Assembly (NCBI GenBank): GCA_041639545.1
Contig: JBEQBZ010000005.1
Coordinates: 98,015 to 162,014 of the forward strand
Direction: 5' to 3'
DNA length: 64,000 bases
Origin: Methyloversatilis sp.
GTDB lineage: Bacteria > Pseudomonadota > Gammaproteobacteria > Burkholderiales > Rhodocyclaceae
Positions 58,328-64,000 of this stretch are shown one piece after another (within the stretch, counting starts at the first letter, position 1; every line of letters starts with the position of its first letter). A program made the translations under genes and the position numbers. The notes under the pieces are model-generated. The model had not been told where the DNA came from. It made no database searches and saw only the letters and a list, made by a program, of their open reading frames with translations.

Positions 58328-59218
58328 ATGACATCCCAACACCCCTCACTGTGCGTGCTGTTCGCAGACGTGTCCGGCAGCACCCGGCTTTACGAAAAGC
58401 TGGGTGACGCCGAGGCCTTGCGCGCGGTCGAACGTTGCCTGAACCGCATGAGCCGCGTGGTCGACGGGCATGGCGGCCGGGTGATCAAGACCATCGGCGA
58501 CGAGGTGATGACCACCTTCCCGAGCGCCGACGCCGGCATACAGGCTGCCTGCGAAATGCAGCACCGGGTGACCGATCTGCCGCCGGTGTCCGGCGTGAAG
58601 CTGGCGATACGGGTGGGTTTCTGTTTCGGTCCCGCGATAGAGGAAAACGGTGACGTGTTCGGTGACACCGTGAACATGGCGTCCCGCATGGCCGGTGTGG
58701 CCAAGGCCGGTCAGATCATGACCAGCGCCGAAACCATTTCAGCGGTCACGCTGAGCCTGGCGCCGCAGGTACGCGAAATCGATGCACTGACGGTGAAAGG
58801 CAAGACCGAGGACGTTCGGGTGTGCGAGGTGCTGTGGCAGGAGGGCGCCGACCTGACGATGAAGGCCACCAGCATCGTCGCCAGCTACAACGTCGCCCGC
58901 CTGATGGTGCGCTACCGCGAAACCGAACTGACCGTGGACAACGCCCACGGCCCGCTCACGCTCGGCCGCGACATGAGCAACGAAGTGGTGATCAAGGACC
59001 AGCGCGCCTCGCGCAATCACGCGCGCATCGAGCGCCGGCGTGACAAGTTCGTGCTGATCGACCAGAGCACCAATGGCACCTTCCTGCGCATCGAAGGCGA
59101 GAACGAGGTGGTGCTCAAGCGCGAGGAAATCATCCTGCGCGGCCAGGGCACCATCGGTTTCGGCCACAGCGCGCTGGAACAGGGCATAGACCTGATGAGT
59201 TTCGAGGTGCTGGAGTAA
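58328..59218 (+). CDS. Class III adenylate cyclase with C-terminal FHA domain
   Basis: FADVSGST, KTIGDEV, GDVFGDTVNMASR (metal Asp pair, Lys/Asp adenine specifiers, Asn/Arg); FHA motifs LGR, SRNHA, STNGT. Confidence 0.92.
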   Translation: MTSQHPSLCVLFADVSGSTRLYEKLGDAEALRAVERCLNRMSRVVDGHGGRVIKTIGDEVMTTFPSADAGIQAACEMQHRVTDLPPVSGVKLAIRVGFCFGPAIEENGDVFGDTVNMASRMAGVAKAGQIMTSAETISAVTLSLAPQVREIDALTVKGKTEDVRVCEVLWQEGADLTMKATSIVASYNVARLMVRYRETELTVDNAHGPLTLGRDMSNEVVIKDQRASRNHARIERRRDKFVLIDQSTNGTFLRIEGENEVVLKREEIILRGQGTIGFGHSALEQGIDLMSFEVLE

Positions 59219-59228
59219 TCGCCTCCGC

Positions 59229-59250
59229 CGTGCCGGCGCCTGCCGGCACG
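59229..59250. terminator. Hairpin between the convergent cyclase and kinase genes
   Basis: CGTGCCGGC-GCCT-GCCGGCACG 9-bp stem, no clear U-tract. Confidence 0.45.
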
Positions 59251-59254
59251 CGCC

Positions 59255-61684
59255 TCACATGCTGAGTTTCTTCAGCGTATCCGGATTGCTCACCACCGCC
59301 TGACGGCGCGACGGCGCGGCTTCCATCAGCGCGGCCGGCGGCAGCGTCTGCAGCCGGGCCAGCATGTCCGGGGTGGCGCAGCCGGCATCGAAAGCCAGCG
59401 TGACCGCGTCCTGGCTGCTTGCCGCCACGCTCAGGCAGTTGCGCCCCAGCTTGCGCGACAGCGGCATCAGGATGCCGGCCTGCACGTTCTGCCCGGTATC
59501 CGCCAGACCGCCGGACATGTCCACCACGAAGGCGGCGCTGTCGCGGCCCAGCGTCTTCACCTCGGCGCCGAGCACCGCGCGCATCGACGCGATTTCGCGC
59601 AGCAGCGATCCGGCCACTTCCTCGCCCGGCAGGCCGGTCAGCTGCAGCGCCACCCGGCGCGCGGTGAAGTGGAAGTGGCTGAGGAAGAAGTCGCGGCTGA
59701 ACTGTTCGCCCACCCGCTTGCCGATGTCGGCCAGCGCCTTCTCTTCCGACGCCCAGCTCGTGCCTTCCGGCACCGCGGTGTTCAGATACACCTCCTCGCC
59801 GGTCTTGCGGTCGGTGCAGCGTACCGTCCATGAGGTCAGCACCACCTTCTCGATCACCAGTCCGGAAGCCGGCAGCCGCGCGCTCAGGCGCTTGAAGCGC
59901 ACTTCGCTGTCCACGGTGAAGTCCGCGTTCTGGGCAGCATTGGCTTCGTCGTTCCAGGTGCGGAAGCCGAAGCCCTGGATGTGCTGTTTCAGCGTGTTTT
60001 CGGCCAGCGCAGAGCGCTGCGCCGGCGCATTCGGATCGCCTTCTGCCCAGCGCGAGGCCACCGCCACCGCGATTTTCGGATCGCCGTTGTTGCGGATGAA
60101 ATCCACCCGTTCGTCCTGCGACATCTGGTTCAGTGACTTCTGCACCTGGCGCACCTTGACCGCGGCCCGCACCTGGCCTGCCATCAGACCGTCCTTGCCC
60201 AGCTGGGGCGGGCCTTCTTCGAGCACCGCCTGGATGAAGTCGCTGCTGCGGTCGAGCAGCCTGGCCTGCAGTACGTCGTAATGCGCGTTCACCGATTTCG
60301 GATCGACGAACAGCGCGACCGCCTTTTCCAGAATCTGCCGGCGCGCGTCCTCGCGCAGCGCCTGGGTCATCGCGGCCGGGTTGTCGGCCAGCTTCGGGTC
60401 GCTCGGGTCGGCCAGGCCGATGGCGCTGATCACCGCCACGCCCGGGTCGAGCGGTGGCGCGGGCGTGACGGCCACCGGTGCCGGGGCGGCCGGTCCGGTC
60501 GCGACCGGGGCGGTGCCTGCGGGTGCGGCAGGTGCCTCCGGCGCCGGCCGGGACAGCAGCCAGCCGCCCGCGGCGACCGCGACCAGTGCAGCCGTTACGG
60601 CGACCGCGATCGGGGCGCGGGACGATGCCGGCCGGGACTGCGGGGCCGGCGCGGGAGGCAGCGTATCCGTACGCGCCGCAGGTGCGGAGGTGGCGGGGGA
60701 AACAGGTGTTTCGCTGACCGTGCTGGGGCGCACCGGCTGCTGCAGCGTTGAATCGGCCTGAGCGGCCGGCGATGGGCCGGCCATCGTTGCGTTGGCGAGC
60801 GTGGCGTCCGAAAGCGTGGTGTCGCCCAGATTGACCATGGTGGCGTCGTTGTCAGCCTGTGCGCCTGACAGTGCGGCGTCCAGCGCGCGCCGGAAGTCGG
60901 CGGCGCTCTGAAAGCGGTCTTCCGGGCGTTTGGCCATGGCCCGCTTCACCACCGCGTCGAGGCGGGTCGGCACATGCACGTTCAGCACCGAAGGCCAGGG
61001 CGGGTCTTCCTTCAGCACCTTGTGCATGATGGTGGTGAGCGCGCCGGTGAACGGCTTTTCGCCGGTCAGCAGCTGGTACAGCACCACGCCAGCGGAAAAC
61101 AGGTCGCTGCGGCCATCCACGGTCTGGCCCATGAACTGTTCGGGCGACATGTAGGACGGCGTGCCCATCACGGTGCCGGCCTGGGTCAGATTGGACGATT
61201 CGATGCGGGCCACGCCGAAATCGGCCACCTTCACCGTGCCATCGGCCAGCAGGATGATGTTGGCCGGCTTGATGTCGCGGTGTACGACGCCGTTGCGGTG
61301 GGCGTGTTCCAGCGCGTCCAGCAGCTGGCCCATGATGCGGCCCACCAGCGGCAGCGCGATGCGCTCGTCCGAATCGAAGGCGTCCTTCAGTTCGCGGCCG
61401 TGCACGAATTCCATCGCGATGAAGGCGGTGCCGTCCGCTTCTTCACCATACTCATAGATGGCCACCACGTTCGGGTGGTTGAGCCGGCCAGCCGCCTGCG
61501 CCTCGCGCTTGAAGCGCGCGATCACCTCGTCGGCCTCGCTGCGCTCGATCTGTTCGCGCTTCAGCGTCTTGATCGCAACCCGCCGGTCGATGACCGGATC
61601 GCGGCCTTCGTAGACGATGCCCATCGCACCCTGGCCCAGTTCGCGCAGGATGTCGTACTTGCCCAGCTTGGCGGGGATGCTCAC
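59255..61684 (-). CDS. Membrane Hanks-type Ser/Thr kinase with FlgT-like periplasmic region
   Basis: GQGAMG, VAIK, HRDIKPAN, DFG, GTPSYMSPEQ intact; one TM; C-terminal region resembles FlgT-N/LPP20 followed by an FlgT-M/TolB_N-like fold (by eye). GTG start at 61684 with GGAG RBS. Confidence 0.9.
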   Translation of the reverse strand: MSIPAKLGKYDILRELGQGAMGIVYEGRDPVIDRRVAIKTLKREQIERSEADEVIARFKREAQAAGRLNHPNVVAIYEYGEEADGTAFIAMEFVHGRELKDAFDSDERIALPLVGRIMGQLLDALEHAHRNGVVHRDIKPANIILLADGTVKVADFGVARIESSNLTQAGTVMGTPSYMSPEQFMGQTVDGRSDLFSAGVVLYQLLTGEKPFTGALTTIMHKVLKEDPPWPSVLNVHVPTRLDAVVKRAMAKRPEDRFQSAADFRRALDAALSGAQADNDATMVNLGDTTLSDATLANATMAGPSPAAQADSTLQQPVRPSTVSETPVSPATSAPAARTDTLPPAPAPQSRPASSRAPIAVAVTAALVAVAAGGWLLSRPAPEAPAAPAGTAPVATGPAAPAPVAVTPAPPLDPGVAVISAIGLADPSDPKLADNPAAMTQALREDARRQILEKAVALFVDPKSVNAHYDVLQARLLDRSSDFIQAVLEEGPPQLGKDGLMAGQVRAAVKVRQVQKSLNQMSQDERVDFIRNNGDPKIAVAVASRWAEGDPNAPAQRSALAENTLKQHIQGFGFRTWNDEANAAQNADFTVDSEVRFKRLSARLPASGLVIEKVVLTSWTVRCTDRKTGEEVYLNTAVPEGTSWASEEKALADIGKRVGEQFSRDFFLSHFHFTARRVALQLTGLPGEEVAGSLLREIASMRAVLGAEVKTLGRDSAAFVVDMSGGLADTGQNVQAGILMPLSRKLGRNCLSVAASSQDAVTLAFDAGCATPDMLARLQTLPPAALMEAAPSRRQAVVSNPDTLKKLSM

Positions 61685-61769
61685 TCGGCTGCTCCGTCGG
61701 GATGCAGGCGGACGCATCCGCCTGCGGGACCGGCTGTATCGCGGGTTGGACTGCCCGCGTCGCGCTCGC

Positions 61770-62576
61770 TTACTTGTACTTCGAATCGATTTCCCAGACC
61801 GACTTCTGCACCAGACGCTGCACCATGCCGTCCAGCGTGATGCCGCCTTCCTGGCTGCTCGACACGCCGAGAATGGAGGAGCCCTTGGCGCCCACTTCCA
61901 TCTTCTCTTCGGTATAGCCCTGGGCCAGCTGTTCGGTGGTGTTGGCGTCCATGATCTTGTAGCGCATGCCGATGATCCACACACCTGCAGCGGCACCGGT
62001 TTCGACCGAACCCACCGCTTCGCCGGCCGCGTAGCTGCCGCGGCTGCCGCCGAGAATGCCGATGATGTTGCCCAGCGCGCGGCCGCTGATCCCTTCCTTG
62101 GCGGCGGCGACCTGCTCCGCTTTCAGAATGTCGAACTTGACCACGTACTTGGTCGTTTTCAGCTTGCCCTTCTGCAGCATCTTCTTGGCCGAATCCGGGT
62201 CGCCCATCGAGTAGGCCAGCTGAAACTCGTTCAGCAGCGGGCCGAGGTCGGAACGCTCCAGCACCTTGAAGTTGGCCTGCGACAGTTCCAGTTCGCCGAA
62301 GTCGGCGATGTTGTTCGACGCGAACTTCTGGGTGAAGGTGGCGTTGTTACTCTTGATCTCGCCCGGCACCACGATCACCGTCGGGCCCGGCTTGGACCTG
62401 TTGGCGTACTCGACCGCCTTGTACATGGCCTTGTCGGCGCCTTCGTTCGCTTTCTGCGACACGCTGCTGCCGGCGGTCGGCGAGGCGCTCTCGAAGGTGG
62501 GCTGGGCGTGGGCCAGCGTCGCGATGCCGCCGAGGACGGCGACCAGCATGGCCGTGTGAAGTCTGTTCAGTTGCAT
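61770..62576 (-). CDS. Exported CsgG/HfaB-like protein
   Basis: Signal peptide; NFKVLERSDL...LNEFQL and glycine-rich strands ending in YKIMDANTTE resemble the CsgG family. Confidence 0.7.
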   Translation of the reverse strand: MQLNRLHTAMLVAVLGGIATLAHAQPTFESASPTAGSSVSQKANEGADKAMYKAVEYANRSKPGPTVIVVPGEIKSNNATFTQKFASNNIADFGELELSQANFKVLERSDLGPLLNEFQLAYSMGDPDSAKKMLQKGKLKTTKYVVKFDILKAEQVAAAKEGISGRALGNIIGILGGSRGSYAAGEAVGSVETGAAAGVWIIGMRYKIMDANTTEQLAQGYTEEKMEVGAKGSSILGVSSSQEGGITLDGMVQRLVQKSVWEIDSKYK

Positions 62577-62651
62577 GGACGTTCCTTTCCCTGAAAATGT
62601 CCGGAACCGTGTCGTTCCGTTGATCGGCCGCGCGATCACGCTGCGCGGCAC

Positions 62652-63362
62652 TTATTTGCCTTTTCTGTTGCCCTTCTTTTCCTCACCGGCCGGTCGGGTG
62701 GCGCAGTAGCCGCCGAGCAGTCTGTTCACCACGCCGTCTGCCTGCTCTTCGATCAGCGTGCGTGCCATCGCCAGGGTGTCGCTGCCCGAATAGGATTCGC
62801 CGCTGGCGGACGCTTCCGACAGTCGGGTGCCGCCCGAGGTGAGCAGCGCGTAGTCGATGCTGACCGACACTTCGGGGATGCGCAGCACCGGGTTCATGCC
62901 GCTGCGCGCCTCGATCAGACCGCGCATCACCAGCTGGGCGCCGAGCTTCTTGGACGCGGCGAGCGCGGCGTCCGGGTCGTTGCGGAAATAGGCGTCCACT
63001 TCGGCCTGAGCGACCTGGGCCCGGATTTCCTGCTGGGTCAGCGTACGGATGCCCAGCTTCTGCAGGCGTTTGTGGATGGCGTTGAAATGCGGGCTGTAAC
63101 GGGCCTGGTCGGCGGTAATGCCTTCGCCGGAGCGCTCGCCCATCACAATCATGATCTTGCGCCGCTTCAGTTCGTCCAGGCAGGGCTGGGGCAGGGCGGT
63201 CAGGCCGGCAGTGGCGGCGGCGCTGCGGGCGGCTTCCTCAGCCGCGTCTTTCTGCGCGTCCTCGGTGAAACTGAAGGCGCTGGCGGACTGGGCGGCCATG
63301 CCGACGACCAGCGCGCCGCTCAGGCGCAGCAGGATACGTACGGTGAGGTGCAGTCGCGCCAT
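62652..63362 (-). CDS. Exported hypothetical protein, probable FlgT-M/TolB_N/CsgG-like fold
   Basis: Signal peptide; KIMIVMGE...LQKLGIRTL...AASKKLGAQLVMRG pattern; two Cys. Confidence 0.65.
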   Translation of the reverse strand: MARLHLTVRILLRLSGALVVGMAAQSASAFSFTEDAQKDAAEEAARSAAATAGLTALPQPCLDELKRRKIMIVMGERSGEGITADQARYSPHFNAIHKRLQKLGIRTLTQQEIRAQVAQAEVDAYFRNDPDAALAASKKLGAQLVMRGLIEARSGMNPVLRIPEVSVSIDYALLTSGGTRLSEASASGESYSGSDTLAMARTLIEEQADGVVNRLLGGYCATRPAGEEKKGNRKGK

Positions 63363-63458
63363 CGGATTCCCCGGCGTTCGAAGACCGCTGGACTATAGCA
63401 AAGGCCGTCGTTCGGCCCCGGTACGGCGCCGCCCCGGATGTTGCATAGCGCACGAAAG

Positions 63459-63488
63459 CATGCCGGCCGGGAGCACACGGCCGGCATG
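63459..63488 (-). terminator. Hairpin downstream of the PsiF-like gene
   Basis: CATGCCGGCCG/CGGCCGGCATG 11-bp stem followed by CTTT on the minus strand. Confidence 0.55.
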
Positions 63489-63494
63489 TGGGCG

Positions 63495-63812
63495 TCAGGC
63501 TTTCACGCAGTCGGCGACGAAGGCCTTGCGTTCGTCGCCCTTCAGCGACTTGTCGCGCGCGTCGGCGCGGCACTGCTTCCGCTTCTCGGCCAGAGCGGCC
63601 TTGTCCTTTTCCTTGTCGGCGCTCTTGCCGCCGGACAGGCATTGGCTCATGAAGCTGTTGCGCTCGTCGCCCTTCAGCGTCTTTTCCTTCGCCTCCTTGT
63701 GGCAGGCGCGCATGCGGTCCTGCTGGGCGCCCGCGTTTGCGGTGCCAGGGACAAGTGCGGATGCGGAAAGCCCGATCAGGGCGAGAACGAGGGTGTGGCG
63801 GATGTGCGGCAT
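63495..63812 (-). CDS. PsiF-repeat periplasmic protein
   Basis: Signal peptide; two repeats of C...A..K.LKGDER..F...C; GGAGG RBS. Confidence 0.88.
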   Translation of the reverse strand: MPHIRHTLVLALIGLSASALVPGTANAGAQQDRMRACHKEAKEKTLKGDERNSFMSQCLSGGKSADKEKDKAALAEKRKQCRADARDKSLKGDERKAFVADCVKA

Positions 63813-63920
63813 GACTGACCTCCAGACTGTGTGACGGATGGACAAGACAAACGCGGACGGCCACCCGGGGCGGGTGGTCGTCCGCATCGTATGCTCATGT
63901 CATCATCATGTACAGCCGGG

Positions 63921-64000
63921 TCAGCCGTCCTCCCCGCCGAGGGCGCGGCGCTGCCGCTCGACGAATTCCAGCGTGGAATCGATGCCGCGGAAGCTCAGGA
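63921..64000 (-). CDS. 3' end of an unidentified gene entering from the right edge
   Basis: ...LSFRGIDSTLEFVERQRRALGGEDG* with host-like codon bias. Confidence 0.5.
   Translation of the reverse strand, partial: LSFRGIDSTLEFVERQRRALGGEDG

Noticed and set aside
58328-63362. T6SS PpkA/Fha module or curli/holdfast secretion locus
   Set aside because: No tss, csgA/B/E/F or hfa genes in the window, and the FHA domain is fused to a cyclase.

Overview
GC-rich betaproteobacterial chromosome segment. The order mgdABCD-gmaS-mgsABC points to a Methyloversatilis-like (Rhodocyclales) methylotroph; this is an inference. 1-9 kb: 5' part of an NRPS cluster on the minus strand, with an oxalate-CoA-ligase-like adenylation domain fused to a carrier domain, then a C-A-T-C-A-T-C... 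NRPS that runs off the window and is absent from the ORF track; it carries a near-identical 1.38-kb internal duplication. 9-27 kb: B12 radical SAM, DUF1800/DUF1501, an AbiV-like HEPN gene, a lower-GC insert (hybrid kinase plus a lone TRAP DctP), and housekeeping genes (ruvB, RsuA-type synthase, GST, ychJ, SlyB, PfkB, GT4, TlpA, transglutaminase). 27-42.7 kb: the complete N-methylglutamate methylamine-utilisation operon with a divergent XRE-cupin regulator and three candidate operators, followed by an SMR transporter, several unknown membrane proteins, an APC permease, a porin flanked by two anti-Shine-Dalgarno hairpins, and an EutR-like AraC gene remnant. 42.7-64 kb: signalling-rich region with a NarX/NarL-like pair, a PAS/degenerate-GGDEF protein, cupredoxin plus GGDEF-EAL, a pseudokinase plus Lon-like AAA ATPase, and an FHA-adenylate cyclase converging on an operon of a Hanks kinase with an FlgT-like ectodomain and two CsgG/FlgT-fold proteins. 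Best candidates for undescribed systems: the putative oxalyl-primed NRPS and the CsgG/FlgT-kinase-FHA-cyclase envelope signalling module. I saw no rRNA, tRNA, CRISPR array or transposase. Domain calls are by eye from motifs, not database searches.
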